DNA from: Kofleriaceae bacterium
GTDB lineage: Bacteria > Myxococcota_A > Polyangia > Haliangiales > Haliangiaceae
Assembly (NCBI GenBank): GCA_044230415.1
Contig: JBGARE010000001.1
Coordinates: 433,195-497,194 of the forward strand
Direction of reading: 5' to 3'
DNA: 64,000 nt
The position numbers were made by a program, and so were the translations under genes. The notes beneath the pieces are model-generated. The model made no database searches, had not been told where the DNA came from, and worked only from the letters and a program-made list of their open reading frames with translations. This document shows, piece after piece, positions 17,573 through 29,593 of this stretch; positions within the stretch are counted from its first letter, which is position 1; every line of letters starts with the position of its first letter.

Positions 17573-18924
17573 CACGTGTACACCAGCGTGTAGCCCACGG
17601 TGCGTTTGCCGCCGGGCGGAAGGGCGACGCGATACTCGAACGTCTGCGCGCCACCTTTCGCGCTCTTCTGATCTTCGGCGTCGATGTGGAACAGCGTCCA
17701 TCGCCAGGCGAACTCGCGGACGACGACATCGATCGCGCGCTTGCTCTTGTTCTCGACCTTGACCTCGATGCGCTCGGTCAGCGTGCGCGCCTTCTCGTCG
17801 TTGGTGCACGTCACTGCCTTGCGATCACCGACGACGTCCGTGCTGCGATCGAGTCGGATCCGCGCGGCCCCCGCACGCGATCGCAGCGGCTCCTCGGACA
17901 CGACCTCGACGCGATCGCCCTTGCGCTTGAACATCCGGACACGGCCCGGAGGCAATGGTTCCTTCGTCGGGACCTCGACCTCGACGGCGATCTCCGCGGT
18001 GCCCGGTCCGGTGTTCGCGTTGTACTGTGCGCAGTCCGTGTTCGCGTAGCCTTGAAAGCCGGCGGACAGATCGGGAATCGCTTCGTACAGCACGACGGTC
18101 TTCGCCGTCGCCTTTCGCTGAGCGGCGACTAGCGGCACTTGCACTTGCTGCCCGGCGAGGAGCTTCACGGGTTGCGCGATCGCGTAGCGCGCCGGGGACT
18201 TGCCGCCGTCGACGAGCGTGACGTCCGCGGACTCGAACGACGCGCCGGTCGTGTTCTTGATCGAGGCCCACGCCGAGAAATCGAGCGACGTGCCGGCCTC
18301 GTCGAGCACCGCGAGATAATCGGCGGTCCACTGCATGCCCGTCGCGCGATACGACAGCTCGAGCTGGTGCTTGCCGGGCGTCTTCGTCGCGAGGCGCAAT
18401 GCGAGGCTGCCGCGATCGGTGCCCGGCGGAAGGCGCAGGTCTTGTACGTAGTCGCGTCGCAGGACTTGCAGGCGTCGCTGTTCGCCGGCGCCGACCTCGA
18501 TGACGATCGCCTGCGCGTCGACGGATCGCAGGACGCCGCTGACGTCGCCCTTGGGCGTGATCGCGGTGACTGACTCGCCGACATGGCGCGCGATGAGCGC
18601 CGTCGGCGTCGTCGCGCCGGGCGTGAATCGCTGCTCGACGAGCGTGGTCGTCGCGTCGGTGAGATCGCGGATCTGCACGCTCGCCGGATCCAAGGTCGAC
18701 GCGACACCGGCGATTCGCACGTCTCCGGAGGCGGCAACATCGACCTCGGTCTGTTGCGTGATCATCGCTCCCGAGGGCGGTGCGAACCCACCATAGGTGA
18801 GACCGCCATAGGCCGACGCGGCGGGCGCTTGCACCGCCCACACGGTGATCTTCGTGCGCGAGGAGCCCGCCGACGCCACTGCCATGGTCGCGATGGCCAC
18901 GAGGCTTACGAAGGCGACCCGCAT
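17569..18924 (-). CDS. DUF4139-like secreted protein, paralogue 1
   Basis: ATG start with the signal peptide MRVAFVSLVAIATMAVASAG. The 451-aa body has the same domain order as the downstream paralogue: LRSVDAQAIVIEVG...QWTADYLAVLDEAG...TLVYTW. The family assignment is from memory of the DUF4139/DUF4140 architecture and has not been searched. Confidence 0.7.
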   Translation of the reverse strand: MRVAFVSLVAIATMAVASAGSSRTKITVWAVQAPAASAYGGLTYGGFAPPSGAMITQQTEVDVAASGDVRIAGVASTLDPASVQIRDLTDATTTLVEQRFTPGATTPTALIARHVGESVTAITPKGDVSGVLRSVDAQAIVIEVGAGEQRRLQVLRRDYVQDLRLPPGTDRGSLALRLATKTPGKHQLELSYRATGMQWTADYLAVLDEAGTSLDFSAWASIKNTTGASFESADVTLVDGGKSPARYAIAQPVKLLAGQQVQVPLVAAQRKATAKTVVLYEAIPDLSAGFQGYANTDCAQYNANTGPGTAEIAVEVEVPTKEPLPPGRVRMFKRKGDRVEVVSEEPLRSRAGAARIRLDRSTDVVGDRKAVTCTNDEKARTLTERIEVKVENKSKRAIDVVVREFAWRWTLFHIDAEDQKSAKGGAQTFEYRVALPPGGKRTVGYTLVYTW

Positions 18925-18994
18925 TTCTCGATCATACGCTGTCGTACTTCGATAAGCCCGCGACGACCCAAACAGGCGGGCGGACCGCTTCTCT

Positions 18995-21900
18995 GTGTAT
19001 GATTCGTCCGTGGCGGTCGCGACCTATCCGGGCACGGTGTCGCCGTTGCGGGGGCTAGATCCTTTCGGGGAGGCCGAACGCGACGTGTGGCACGGTCGCG
19101 AGACCGAGCGCGACGAGATCGCGAAGATGGTCACGGCCGATCAGTTCCGCTCGGGGCTCGTCTATGGGGAACCCGGTGTCGGCAAGACGTCGCTGGTTCG
19201 CGCGGGCCTGATCCCGTACCTGCGCGATCACGGCATCGTCGCGCTCGCGTGTGAAGATCTGACCCAGCCCGCAGCGAGCTTCGCGCAGGGGCTGTCGGCG
19301 TTCGGAATCCAGCCGAACCCGAACGAGCTGCCGGCGCTGTTCGCGCAGCGCGCGGTGACGAACGCCGTCGCGGGGCAACAGTTCGTGTTCGTCGTCGACG
19401 ATATCGATCTGCTATGCCAGGACGAGCGCGCCGTCGGCGAGCTCAGCGATCTCTATCAGCGCGTGGTCTCGCGCGGCGCGGGTCGTGCGCGATTCCTGTT
19501 CGTCTGCGCGAGCGAGCGACAGCACTTGCTCGGTGCGCTCGAGCGGCGGACGGGCTCGCTGTTCCCGCCATCGTCGCGCTACGAGCTGCAGCGCATCTCG
19601 GTCAACGCCGCGAGCGGCATCTTCGATCGCATGCTGTCGCTGTCGGGCGTCGCGGCGGATCCGGAGCTCGCCGACGCGGTCGTGCAAGGCATCTCGCACG
19701 GCCAGCCGCTCCTCGCTGCGGATCTGCAGATCGCCGGCATGGCGATGCGCGATCTGCGGATCTCGTCGAAGACCGCGCTCGAAAAAGCGGGTGGACCCGG
19801 CGAGCTCGAGTCCGAGTGGCTGCACGAAGCCTGTCGCGCGACCGGAAACGAACGCTCGGGCCTTCGCTTGTGCGCGGAGATCGCCTCGACGACGGCACCA
19901 CGCACCGCGGAGTCGATCGTTCGCAAGGTCAACCTCGATCCCGCGTACACGAGCTCCGCGCTCGTCGTGCTCGAGCAGCGCGGCGTGATCAGCCGCGCGG
20001 ACGCGACGGGAAACACGTGGATGCTGCGCCACGAGGTGCTGACGCCACGCGTGCGCGAGCTGACCGCGCCGGCGCGTGCGGCTGCGCGGCGCGGGTTCGA
20101 TCTGCTCGGCAGCAAGACGCAGGGCAACCAGCGCCTCAAGCTGCGCGAGCTGCGCGCGCTGCGCACCGAGGGCATCGCGGCGGTCACGCCCGAGGAGCAA
20201 GCGGTCGTCGATCGCAGCAAGCGCTATTACATGATGCTCGCGGGCGCGATCGCGGCGGCGCCGATCGTGATCCTGATCTTCATCTGGATCGCGATGCGCG
20301 GGAAGGTCTACTTCGACCTCGAGCCGCACGCCGGTGGTGATCGCATCGTCGTGCGCTACGGACGCGCCGGACTGTCGAGCTTCCACTGGTTGCCGGGCGG
20401 ATTCGGCGACGAGATCGCCGACACGGGGCTCACGCGCCCGATGTCCGCGGCCGAGGCGTGGAAGAAGATCGATGGCCACGACATCGGCGGCAGCGACGAC
20501 GATTGGGACACGCAGCTGCGCTCGTTGATGGCGCCGCAACTCGGTGGGCTCGTCGATTACGCGACCACGGGCAACGAGAAGGCGCTCGATGCGCTCGCGA
20601 AGGCGGCAAAGGATCCCGAGGATCTCGCCGAGCTGCTCACGTCGTTGCGGCCGATCGCGCGCGGCACCGCGAGCGAGGTCGCGCTCGTCGAGAGCGCGCT
20701 CAAGACGCAGTCACCGGCGGTGCAGCGTGCAGCGGTCGCCGTCGCCGGTGCGGCGGCGGGACGCGGCACGGACGCGTATCAAGACAAGCTCAGCGCGGCG
20801 CTGACGTCCTCGGATCCCGAGCTGCGGCGCATCGCCTTTGGTGCGGTGCGCGGACTCGGCGAGCGCGGTGCGGCGCTGTTCGCGAAGGCGCTCGAATCGG
20901 GACCGGATCCCGAGATCAAGCGCGAGCTGATGGTCGAGGTCTCGACGGCGTCGGTCCCCACCGCCGACGACGGCGAGGGCCCATCGGTCGCGACCATGAT
21001 CGGCGTACTGGGTGAACCCGACGCGACGCCCGCGATGCGCGATCGCGCGAAGACGCAGATCAAGGGTGCGCTCGCGAAGAATGCGGATGCAGTCGCCGTC
21101 GAGCTCGTGAAGCTCGTCGCATCGGACAAAGCGCCGGTCGAAGCCCGCGTGTACGCGATCGGCCTGTTGCGCGAGATGGATCCGCTGCCCAAGTCGGCGG
21201 ACCTCGTCGAGAGCGCGCGCACCGCGTTCCAGTCGCGCTCGCCCGCGGTTCGCGCAGCCGCATTGCCGCTCTACGCGAAGGCGGATCCCGAACGCGCCGG
21301 TGGTGACCTCTCGAACATGCTCGAGGACAAGAAGCTCGAGAAGCCGCTGCGCATCGCCGCCGCGCTCGCATGGGGCGAGGTCGCGGCCACGAACAAGATG
21401 GCGGCGCAGAACGCGCTCGATCGCATGCTTACCGACGAGGACTCGGACGTGCGGGCCGCCGCGGCGGAGGCCGCTGGCAAGGCGGGGCGCGCGTACCAAG
21501 AGAAGCTCGTGAAGATGGCGAAGGGCGAGAACTACAACGTCCGTATCGGCGCCGCGCGTGGGTTGGCCGTCAGCGCCGAGAGTGGTGGCAACCCGAGCGT
21601 CGCCGTCGGCGGCATCTTCCAGCTCTGGCGCGAGAAGGGTCGCCCGCGCCGCGAGGCGGCGAAGGTCTACGCGCAGCTCGCGAAGAAGAAGCCCGCGATC
21701 GTGCTCGAGTACCTGTCCGCGGCCGCGCGCACGCCCGAGGACGAGGGCCTGCATCCGATCGGTGTCGAGGGTCTGTGCAACGCGGCCCTCGCCGGAAGCG
21801 CGGGTGCGCGCGCCCAGCTCGCGAAGTCCACCGACGATCCATCCGTCGAGGTACGCAAGCTCGTCATGGCGTGCGTCGCGGACGGTCCCGATCCCGCGAA

Positions 21901-22924
21901 GAACGGCGTGGTGATCGCGGCGAAGCTCGTCGGGGATTCGAGCGCCGAGATCCGCGCCGATGCCGCGCGCGTCCTCGCGCTGTCCGCGGCGAAGGGCAAC
22001 AAGGCCGTGGGGGAGTCGCTCGTGAAGATGCTCGACGATTCGGACCGCGATGTTCGCGTGATCGCGATCCGCGCCGTCGGTGGCCTCGGCGCCGACGCCC
22101 CGAAGACCGCGCAGACCACGATGTCCAAGATGTTCGAGCGCGGCGACGAAGCCGAGAAGCTCGCGCTCCTCCGCGCGGCTCGCCAGATCGGCGCATCGGA
22201 TCTCATCGGCCTCGCGGTCGCCGACTCGTCGCCGATCGTACGCGTCGAAGCCGTCGATGCCGCGCTGTCCTCGGGCCAGCGCGCGAAAGAGACGCTCTCC
22301 GCCGCGCTCGCCGATCCCGATCCGCAGGTGCGCAAGGCCGCCCTCGAGCGCCTCGCCGCGCAGAAGGACAAGCTCGAGCCCGCGGTCATCGAGCGCACCC
22401 TCGCACTCGCCGTGCGCGATCCGAACCCGGAGCTCAGCCAGCTCGCGCTGACCACCGTCGCCCGCGTCGCGCCGAAGGAAGCCGTCGCCGCGCGCCTCAC
22501 GCGCTCGCTCGGCTCTCGCGCGGAACGCGAGCGTGCCCAAGCCGCCGCAGCAGCGATCGGTCTCGTCGAGCGCGACGCCGCGTTGACCTCGCAGCTCCTC
22601 TCGCCGCTGCTGTCGGACCCGTCGCACGACGTTCGCGTCGCCATGCTGCCCGCGCTCGCGGCTGCCTACGCGAAGACCAACGAGCCCGAGAAGCTCGCCG
22701 GTCTGCTCCGTGATTCCGAGACCAACGCGATGCGCCGCATCGTCGTCGCGGCTGCGTTCATCACGCTCGCGAAGACAGATGCCGGCCGCGCCGCCACGGA
22801 GTCGTCGCTCGGCAAGGTCGCGAAGAACGGACCGCCGATGGCGCGTCAGATCGCGAAGCTTGTCGGTGGCCTGATCGGCGGCAAAGCCGACGGGATGGCG
22901 TTCCTTCAGGAACTGATCCCGTAG
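18995..22924 (+). CDS. STAND-like P-loop NTPase with a transmembrane segment and a long C-terminal HEAT-repeat (PBS-lyase-type) array, 1309 aa
   Basis: Walker [23 protein letters not shown] lies near the N-terminus and a Walker B-like [11 protein letters not shown] follows. A hydrophobic helix ([24 protein letters not shown]) sits around residue 410. After it come at least 12 HEAT-like repeats with [12 protein letters not shown] spacing, for example [49 protein letters not shown] and [15 protein letters not shown]. The start codon is GTG. The gene is divergent from the DUF4139 operon, 70 bp away. Confidence 0.75.
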   Translation: MYDSSVAVATYPGTVSPLRGLDPFGEAERDVWHGRETERDEIAKMVTADQFRSGLVYGEPGVGKTSLVRAGLIPYLRDHGIVALACEDLTQPAASFAQGLSAFGIQPNPNELPALFAQRAVTNAVAGQQFVFVVDDIDLLCQDERAVGELSDLYQRVVSRGAGRARFLFVCASERQHLLGALERRTGSLFPPSSRYELQRISVNAASGIFDRMLSLSGVAADPELADAVVQGISHGQPLLAADLQIAGMAMRDLRISSKTALEKAGGPGELESEWLHEACRATGNERSGLRLCAEIASTTAPRTAESIVRKVNLDPAYTSSALVVLEQRGVISRADATGNTWMLRHEVLTPRVRELTAPARAAARRGFDLLGSKTQGNQRLKLRELRALRTEGIAAVTPEEQAVVDRSKRYYMMLAGAIAAAPIVILIFIWIAMRGKVYFDLEPHAGGDRIVVRYGRAGLSSFHWLPGGFGDEIADTGLTRPMSAAEAWKKIDGHDIGGSDDDWDTQLRSLMAPQLGGLVDYATTGNEKALDALAKAAKDPEDLAELLTSLRPIARGTASEVALVESALKTQSPAVQRAAVAVAGAAAGRGTDAYQDKLSAALTSSDPELRRIAFGAVRGLGERGAALFAKALESGPDPEIKRELMVEVSTASVPTADDGEGPSVATMIGVLGEPDATPAMRDRAKTQIKGALAKNADAVAVELVKLVASDKAPVEARVYAIGLLREMDPLPKSADLVESARTAFQSRSPAVRAAALPLYAKADPERAGGDLSNMLEDKKLEKPLRIAAALAWGEVAATNKMAAQNALDRMLTDEDSDVRAAAAEAAGKAGRAYQEKLVKMAKGENYNVRIGAARGLAVSAESGGNPSVAVGGIFQLWREKGRPRREAAKVYAQLAKKKPAIVLEYLSAAARTPEDEGLHPIGVEGLCNAALAGSAGARAQLAKSTDDPSVEVRKLVMACVADGPDPAKNGVVIAAKLVGDSSAEIRADAARVLALSAAKGNKAVGESLVKMLDDSDRDVRVIAIRAVGGLGADAPKTAQTTMSKMFERGDEAEKLALLRAARQIGASDLIGLAVADSSPIVRVEAVDAALSSGQRAKETLSAALADPDPQVRKAALERLAAQKDKLEPAVIERTLALAVRDPNPELSQLALTTVARVAPKEAVAARLTRSLGSRAERERAQAAAAAIGLVERDAALTSQLLSPLLSDPSHDVRVAMLPALAAAYAKTNEPEKLAGLLRDSETNAMRRIVVAAAFITLAKTDAGRAATESSLGKVAKNGPPMARQIAKLVGGLIGGKADGMAFLQELIP

Positions 22925-22984
22925 CGCCAACGTCTAGATCCAGTACCGCCACCCAGCGCGATTCGACGATTGGCTCCTTGGCGG

Positions 22985-25639
22985 CTATCCCGCCGTCTGC
23001 AGGCCCGCGGCGATGCCACCGATCGTCGTGAAGATAATGCGCGCGAGGCGGTCGGCATCGCCGCCCGCGCGCCGGCGACGAATCGCCTCGATCTGCGAAT
23101 GCGACAGGATATCGAGCGTCGGGTTGCGCCGTTCGATCGAGCCGGCGAGGTAGGGGCGCGTCGCGAGCGGCGTCGTGATGCCGAGCGTGTCGCTCAGCGC
23201 GGCGCGGGTGCGCGCGTGTTCGGCTTCGATCATCGCGAAGATGCGGCGCGCGTCGTCGTCGGCCAATCGCGCGTACTCGCGAGCAACATCGATATCGGAG
23301 CGCACCAACGACAGCTCGCAGTTGCGAATCAGCGCGCGGAACGCCTTCGATCGGCCGCACAGCTCGCGGACTCCGTCGGCGCCGAGCTCCTTCGCGAGCG
23401 CACCGACCGCGGTGCCGACGCCGAACCAGCCCGGGATGCCGTGCCGCGATTGCGTCCACGAGAACACCCACGGGATCGCGCGCAGCGTGTCGAGCGTGAT
23501 GCCCTTGCCGCGGGACGCGGGACGCGAGCCGAGCGGGAGGTGCGCGACGTCTTCGATCGGCGTGGCGGCCACGGTGTAGCGAACGAGGCGATCCTCGTCG
23601 CGCGTGAGCTCGAGGTACGCATCGCGTGCGGCATCGGCGGCGCGATGGAGCAGGCCCTCGTCGCGCACGTCGTCCTCGGTCGGGTGAGGATCGCTGCTCG
23701 CGGCGAGCACGGCGGACAACATCAGCTCGATGTCGCGCTCGGCGATCTCGGGCTGCGCGTACCGTGCGGTGACGGTCTCACCCTGCTCTGTCACACGCAG
23801 GCGGCCGCGAACGGCGGACGCGGGCTGCGCTCGGATCGCTTCGCTCTCGGGGCCGCCGCCGCGACCGAGGGCGCCGCCGCGGCCATGGAACACGGTAAGC
23901 GTCACACCGGCGCGCTCGGCCGCCGATGCGAGTGCGATCTGCGCGTCGCGAAGCGCGATCGTCGAAGCGACATAGCCGACCTGCTTGCCGGAATCGGAGT
24001 AGCCGACCATCACCTCGAGCTCGCCGTCGATCTCGTTGCGGAGCGTCTCCTGTGCGAGGACATCGTTCGCGATCGCACCGGCGCGCTCGAGATCCTCGAG
24101 CTGTTCGAGGAGCGGAACGGGATGCACTTCGCCGGGGGCGAGGCCTGCGGCTCGCGCGAGGAACACGACCTCGAGCAGATCGGACACTTCGCGCGTGAAG
24201 CTGACCACGTAGCGCTCGCACGCACGTGGCCCGAGCTCGCGGCGCGCACGGCCGACGACCTCGAGGGTCTCGAGCAGCTCTTGGCCCTCGGGAGAAACAC
24301 CGTCCCAGTCGCGCTCCGGCGTGATCGGACGTGCGAGCACTTCGCCGAGCATCGCGCGCCGACCGGCCTCGTCGCGCTCGAGGTAGCCGATCCGTCCGCC
24401 GCGGGCGAGTAGCTCCGCGACGACGCGATCGTGTACGCCCGAGTGCTGGCGCACGTCGAGCGAGGCGAGGTGAAAGCCGAACACGTCGACGCGGCGAAGC
24501 GAATCGCGCAGCTCTTGATCCGTGATCGCGCCGAAGCCCGCGGCGCGCAGCGTGCGATCGAGGAGCTCGAGCTCGTCCTGGTAGACCTCGGCGTCGATGT
24601 AGCCTTCGTCGCGGCGTTCGAGCGTCGCGCGGAGTCGCGCCTGGATGTACCAGAGCTTCTCGCGCCATGGCTCGTGCACCGTTCGCACGCGAGCATGCGC
24701 CGCGACCTCGGGCAGCCGCGCGCGATCGAGCTCGAGCGATGCTTCCAGCTCTTCGATCGAACCGCGCACGCGCAGCGACGACAGCGACAGCGTGCGTCCG
24801 AGGACGACGACGTCGTCGAGGTAGCGCCCGAGGATCGTCGCGCGATGCCGAGCGAACGCTCCGCGCGTGACCGCGGCGGTGACGTTCGGGTTGCCATCGC
24901 GATCGCCGCCGACCCACGTGCCCCAGCGGAAGAACGAGGGCAGCTTCCAGCTGCTGTTCGGGAACCGTGCGGACAGGCGATCCTCGAGAGTGCGATAGAT
25001 CCGCGGCGTCACGTCGAGTAGCGAGCGGCGGAACACGTCGAGCGTGTTCTCGACCTCGTCGAGCGGAGACGGCCGGCGAGCGCGTGCGTCTTCCGTCGCG
25101 TGCAGTGCGAGCACTTCGGCGGCGAGCATCGTGGTGGTGGAGCCGGTCGCGCGATCGAGCTGATCGAGGATCTGAGAGATGCGCCCGAGGTGATCGAGCG
25201 ACGAGCGCCGTCGCGCCTCCGTCGGGTGCGCCGTGATCACGGGCATGACGAGCGCGCGATCGAACAAGCCGCGCAGATCGCCCTCCGTGGCGCCCACGTC
25301 GATCAACGCATCGACCGATGCGGCGAGGCCGTCCGGTGCGTCCGTGCCGCGCTCGCGCAACACGCGTAGGCGATGCCGCTCCTCGGCGATGTTCATGAGG
25401 TGACACCACAGCGCGTACGCGCGTGCGCTCTCGTCGAGCTCGTCCTCCGTCAGGTGGCTGATCTGCTCGCCGAAGGCGCGCCTGCCGCCGGCGAGATCAC
25501 CGCCGCGAAGCTCGATCGCCGTCGCTCCGAGGCGGCGGCACAGCTCGAGCGATCCGGGACCGCCGAGCGCTTTGACCGCGTGCCACAGCGCCGACGAGAG
25601 TCGCAGGATGTCGTGATCGAGCAGGGTCGGATCATGCAC
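22985..25639 (-). CDS. ppc: Phosphoenolpyruvate carboxylase
   Basis: The 884-aa length and the hallmark motifs VFHGRGGALGRGGGP and FSWTQSRHGIPGWFGVG are present, together with the N-terminal regulatory region and the characteristic C-terminal ...TIGGIAAGLQTAG. Confidence 0.95.
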   Translation of the reverse strand: MHDPTLLDHDILRLSSALWHAVKALGGPGSLELCRRLGATAIELRGGDLAGGRRAFGEQISHLTEDELDESARAYALWCHLMNIAEERHRLRVLRERGTDAPDGLAASVDALIDVGATEGDLRGLFDRALVMPVITAHPTEARRRSSLDHLGRISQILDQLDRATGSTTTMLAAEVLALHATEDARARRPSPLDEVENTLDVFRRSLLDVTPRIYRTLEDRLSARFPNSSWKLPSFFRWGTWVGGDRDGNPNVTAAVTRGAFARHRATILGRYLDDVVVLGRTLSLSSLRVRGSIEELEASLELDRARLPEVAAHARVRTVHEPWREKLWYIQARLRATLERRDEGYIDAEVYQDELELLDRTLRAAGFGAITDQELRDSLRRVDVFGFHLASLDVRQHSGVHDRVVAELLARGGRIGYLERDEAGRRAMLGEVLARPITPERDWDGVSPEGQELLETLEVVGRARRELGPRACERYVVSFTREVSDLLEVVFLARAAGLAPGEVHPVPLLEQLEDLERAGAIANDVLAQETLRNEIDGELEVMVGYSDSGKQVGYVASTIALRDAQIALASAAERAGVTLTVFHGRGGALGRGGGPESEAIRAQPASAVRGRLRVTEQGETVTARYAQPEIAERDIELMLSAVLAASSDPHPTEDDVRDEGLLHRAADAARDAYLELTRDEDRLVRYTVAATPIEDVAHLPLGSRPASRGKGITLDTLRAIPWVFSWTQSRHGIPGWFGVGTAVGALAKELGADGVRELCGRSKAFRALIRNCELSLVRSDIDVAREYARLADDDARRIFAMIEAEHARTRAALSDTLGITTPLATRPYLAGSIERRNPTLDILSHSQIEAIRRRRAGGDADRLARIIFTTIGGIAAGLQTAG

Positions 25640-25680
25640 GAGGCACTTGTACCCTCCATCGCGGGTGGCGTCACCTCGCG

Positions 25681-28600
25681 TCAGCCAAACCGACCGCTCG
25701 GAAAGAACACTTCGGTCGCTCTCTCTGGGGCAACCATCCCCGCCGTGCGCGCGCGCTCGTCACCCGCTGCGATCAGCTGTGCGCCCTCGGTGCCTCCGAG
25801 CTCCTCGCCGAGTCTGCGCTCGAGGCTGAACATGGTCACCGCGATGCCACGCGCGTTCGACTCGGAGATCGCCGCGCGCAACGCCCTGACCCGTGCATCG
25901 CGATCGTCGCCGAGCATCGCGATCGCGGCGCGCAGCGACGTGGCGGCGGTGAGCGCGCCGGGGAAGTCGAGCTTCGCGAGCTTGTCCGCCTGTGCTGACG
26001 CCGCGCGAAGATGCGCGAGCGCCTCGCTCGGCGCGCCGCGATGGCGTGCGGCGATCGCGAGTCCCGCGAGATACGTGCCGTACGCGTGCAGCCATTCGAG
26101 GCGCAGGATCGGGATGCGACCGACGAGCGAGCGCTGCATGCGCCGGCACTCCTCGCCCAGCTCGGACTCGAGCGTCGCGAATGCATTCGTGTAGAGCGCG
26201 ATGCGAATGCGACTCCACAGTCCCCACGCACGTTGGTTGCCGAACGAGTCCTTGCCCGGCAGCCAGGACGCGAGCGCATCGAGGACATCGACGCGCGCCG
26301 TGTCCGCACGATCCGCGATCACGTGGCGCATCGCGAACCGCACGCGAAGCGTGACGTCCTGGAACAGATCGCCTTTGCGCTTCGCGAGCTGGATCTGCGC
26401 GGTCGCCCGCTCGGCCATCTCGTTGTAGCGACCGAGCATCTGGAGCGACGACAGCGCGAAGTGCAGCGCGATGTCCGTCTCCCATCCCGGACCGCGCCCC
26501 GCGCGATACCACTCGTGCTCGAGGCGCGTTGCACTCTCGAGCGCACGCACGAAGTCGTTGTCGAGGACAAACACCTTCGCCGTCTGCGCGAGCTCCGCGT
26601 ACCACGCGGACACGGGCATCGCCGCGGCGTCGGCGGCGCGTCGCGTGGCGGCCATCAAGCGATCCGCGCGATCGTGGCGACCGAGGACCGCAGCGCCGAT
26701 CGTCGCCGAGGCCAGCGCGCGCGCGATCTGCTGTGGCGACCCGTACTCGAGTGCGAGGCGCGCCGCGCGGCCCGAGAAGTACGCACCGAGGAGCGTGTCG
26801 ACCATGCCGAGGCCCGCGCCGATCGACCAGCAGATGTCGGCATGGATGGACCGCGGATCGATCTCGGTGCGCGGCTTCCAATCGAGCGCGCGCCGCATGC
26901 GCAGCTGGTTCCACACGATGCCGGCGATCGTGCGCACGCGCGTCGTCGGTAGCGACATGTCCGCGCGCGCGAGGACGGCCCGTGTGGTCTCGAGTCCGCG
27001 ATCGAGCCGCCCCGCCATCAGGAACCGCTCGGCCGCACGCCGGAGGAGATCGAGCTGCTGCGGAGAATCGGCGGACTCGAGGTTCGCGGCTTCGAGGTAG
27101 CACTCGGCAGCGTCCGCCGTACGGCCGTCGTTCGCGAGTGCATCTGCGAGCGCGACGAGCAGCGGGCCGCGACGCTCGGGCTGCGGCGTGGCCGCGAGCG
27201 CGCGCTGGTACAGCTCGGCGGCGCGGCCGAACGCGAATGCGTCGAGCGCGGCCTTCGCGGCGGCGACAACGTAGTGCGCCGCGCGCTTGAGATCGCCGGC
27301 GGACTCGAACCGCTCGAGCAGCGCCGCCGCGGACGCGCCCATCTCCTCGAGCCCCCGCGCGATCGCGCCGTGCAGCCGACGCTGATCGGCATCGGCCACG
27401 TGCGCGAGGATCGCCTGCCGGATCCGATCGTGAAACGGCTCGATCGCATCCTGTGGTCGCGAACCATGGACACGCACGAGCTGCTCGTCGACGAGAGCCG
27501 TCACGTGGCGTTCCGCGGCATCGACGATTCCCGCCGCAGCGCATGCGACGTGGCGTGGAACCGGTGAGCCCGCGACCGCGACCGCCGCGAGGAGCTCGCG
27601 CGTGGCTGGATCGAGCGCGAGCGTGCGCTCCCAGATCACGTCCTCGAGGCGCGATGCTTTCAACGCCGTCCTGCGATGCCGCACGAGCTCGCGCAGGAAC
27701 AGCGGGTGGCCGCGGCTCTCGACGACGATCTGCGCGGTCTCCACGTCCGGATCCGATGCGACGAGCCGCACGAGCTGCGCGGCCGCGGCGGCGCTCAGTC
27801 CGCTGAGAGCGATCGTCCGCGTGTGCGGTGCAGCGGCGATCCGCTCCGCGATCTGTGTTCCTTCGCGCGGGCGCTTCGTCGCGATGATGCAGATCGGCGC
27901 GCCGCTACCGGCGAGCTCCTCGAGGAGCAACGTGCTGTCCGCGTCGGCCCACTGCACGTCGTCGATCGCGATCACCACGGGGCGGCGCTCGCCGATCCGC
28001 ACGAACAGGTGTCGTAGCGCTGCGAACGCGCGTTCGCGAACATCCGATCCGAAGGCGAGGCCCTCGTCGTCCTCGCGATCGGCGAGCGCGGGCACGGCAC
28101 GCAGCGCGGTGAACACGGCGAGCAAGTCGCTGACCTGGCCCGGCACGACGCGCTCGACGGAGGCCGGTGTACGCGACATCAGATAGCGCGCGAGATCATC
28201 GACCACACCGTCGACGGCGTTGAACGGCACGCGTTCGCGCTCGTGACAGCGGCCGCGCAGCACGACGAGCCGCGGCTGCGCTGCCGACGCTTGCTCGAGA
28301 AAGCGATCGACGAGCACGCTCTTGCCGACACCCGACTCTCCCTCGACGAACACGCACGCGAGCTGTGTCCGGCTCGTGTCGAGGGCGGCAGCGAGCACCG
28401 CGAGCTCGTCTTCGCGGCCCACGAACGGCTGTCGCGGGATCTCGAGCGCGATCTCGTCCGCACCGGCGAGCATCGCGAGGATCTGCTGCTCGGTCGGACG
28501 CTGTCTCGGATCGGCGCTCAAGAGGTTCGTGCACAGCCATTCGAGATCCGCCGGGATCCCGGCGACGAGCGTGCTGGGCGAGGGAGCGGCGAGATGCTGC

Positions 28601-29400
28601 TTGAGCACCAGGAGCTCGTTGCCCGTGACGTCTCCAAACGGCGTGCGTCCGGTGAGCGCTTGGAACAACAGCACGCCGACGGCGTACCAATCGGCCGCGG
28701 GGGTGATCGCATCACCGCGCGCCTGCTCGGGGGCCATATACGTCACGGTGCCGATCACCGCTTCGTCGCGCGCAGCGGTCGCGTGCAGCTCGGCGACGGC
28801 GCCGAAATCGAGCAGCACCGCACGACCGCTCGCTTCGACGAGGATGTTCGATGGTTTCACGTCGCGATGGACGATGCCCGCCGCGTGCAGCGCCGAGAGT
28901 CCGCGCGCGAGACCGAGGAGCGCGACGCGCAGGCGATCGAGCTCGCACCGCGGAGCGGGCGCGCGGTCGGCGGCGTACACCGGTGGGGTCACCACCGTCG
29001 AGTCGGCGGGTCCGTCGAGCTTCGACGTCTCCTCCGATCGAGACTCGACGACGCGGCTCGACGTGGCGACGCTCTGGGGCGAGCTCGAGCGCACCCAATC
29101 GACGAGGTTGTCACCGTGGAGGCGATCCATGGTGAAGAACCACGTGCCCGACGACTCGAACAGCTCGCCGAGCTGCACGAGGTTGGGATGCTTCACGTCG
29201 CGCAACATGCGGAACTCGGACTTGAAGCGCAGCACTGCATCGGGTGAGAGGCCACGCAGTGTCTTGAGCGCGACCTCGACGCCCCGCTCCTTGTCGTACG
29301 CGCGATAGACGACGCCCATTCCGCCGCGACCGAGGACATCGAGGACCTCGAATCGGCCGTCGATCATCGATGGGAGTCCGCTCGGATTCCCCTCATCCAC
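25681..29400 (-). CDS. Ser/Thr protein kinase fused to an AAA/P-loop ATPase and TPR-like repeats (STAND-type signalling kinase)
   Basis: The N-terminal Hanks kinase shows [29 protein letters not shown] and APE. A P-loop ([11 protein letters not shown]) with Walker B ([12 protein letters not shown]) follows, and the C-terminal half is helical and TPR-like. This architecture is typical of myxobacteria. Confidence 0.9.
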   Translation of the reverse strand: MDEGNPSGLPSMIDGRFEVLDVLGRGGMGVVYRAYDKERGVEVALKTLRGLSPDAVLRFKSEFRMLRDVKHPNLVQLGELFESSGTWFFTMDRLHGDNLVDWVRSSSPQSVATSSRVVESRSEETSKLDGPADSTVVTPPVYAADRAPAPRCELDRLRVALLGLARGLSALHAAGIVHRDVKPSNILVEASGRAVLLDFGAVAELHATAARDEAVIGTVTYMAPEQARGDAITPAADWYAVGVLLFQALTGRTPFGDVTGNELLVLKQHLAAPSPSTLVAGIPADLEWLCTNLLSADPRQRPTEQQILAMLAGADEIALEIPRQPFVGREDELAVLAAALDTSRTQLACVFVEGESGVGKSVLVDRFLEQASAAQPRLVVLRGRCHERERVPFNAVDGVVDDLARYLMSRTPASVERVVPGQVSDLLAVFTALRAVPALADREDDEGLAFGSDVRERAFAALRHLFVRIGERRPVVIAIDDVQWADADSTLLLEELAGSGAPICIIATKRPREGTQIAERIAAAPHTRTIALSGLSAAAAAQLVRLVASDPDVETAQIVVESRGHPLFLRELVRHRRTALKASRLEDVIWERTLALDPATRELLAAVAVAGSPVPRHVACAAAGIVDAAERHVTALVDEQLVRVHGSRPQDAIEPFHDRIRQAILAHVADADQRRLHGAIARGLEEMGASAAALLERFESAGDLKRAAHYVVAAAKAALDAFAFGRAAELYQRALAATPQPERRGPLLVALADALANDGRTADAAECYLEAANLESADSPQQLDLLRRAAERFLMAGRLDRGLETTRAVLARADMSLPTTRVRTIAGIVWNQLRMRRALDWKPRTEIDPRSIHADICWSIGAGLGMVDTLLGAYFSGRAARLALEYGSPQQIARALASATIGAAVLGRHDRADRLMAATRRAADAAAMPVSAWYAELAQTAKVFVLDNDFVRALESATRLEHEWYRAGRGPGWETDIALHFALSSLQMLGRYNEMAERATAQIQLAKRKGDLFQDVTLRVRFAMRHVIADRADTARVDVLDALASWLPGKDSFGNQRAWGLWSRIRIALYTNAFATLESELGEECRRMQRSLVGRIPILRLEWLHAYGTYLAGLAIAARHRGAPSEALAHLRAASAQADKLAKLDFPGALTAATSLRAAIAMLGDDRDARVRALRAAISESNARGIAVTMFSLERRLGEELGGTEGAQLIAAGDERARTAGMVAPERATEVFFPSGRFG

Positions 29401-29593
29401 ACCCCATCATAACGGGTATCGCCTCGGTATGCGTCCGGCGTGGCTGGCAGTGGTGATTCTCGGGGCTTGTGGGACGGGACTTAGCTCGCGACGTGGTCGA
29501 GTCCGGCACCCGCTGACGGTGAACGTTCACCAACGCGCAGTGGAACCATCGTGAGTTAGCGCATGGCACGTGCGTTGCGTCGTTCGCGCTCTC

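Noticed and set aside
20711-22930. 739-aa minus-strand ORF antisense to the NTPase-HEAT gene, together with the other antisense ORFs 19412..20539, 21370..22713 and 21667..22644
   Set aside because: They are antisense or alternate frames of a gene with clear Walker and HEAT motifs. Their products are low-complexity Arg/Gly/Asp sequence.
25760-27544. 594-aa minus-strand ORF, plus other ORFs nested in the Ser/Thr kinase gene
   Set aside because: It is in the same region as the kinase but in a different frame, and its product is Arg-rich with no motifs.
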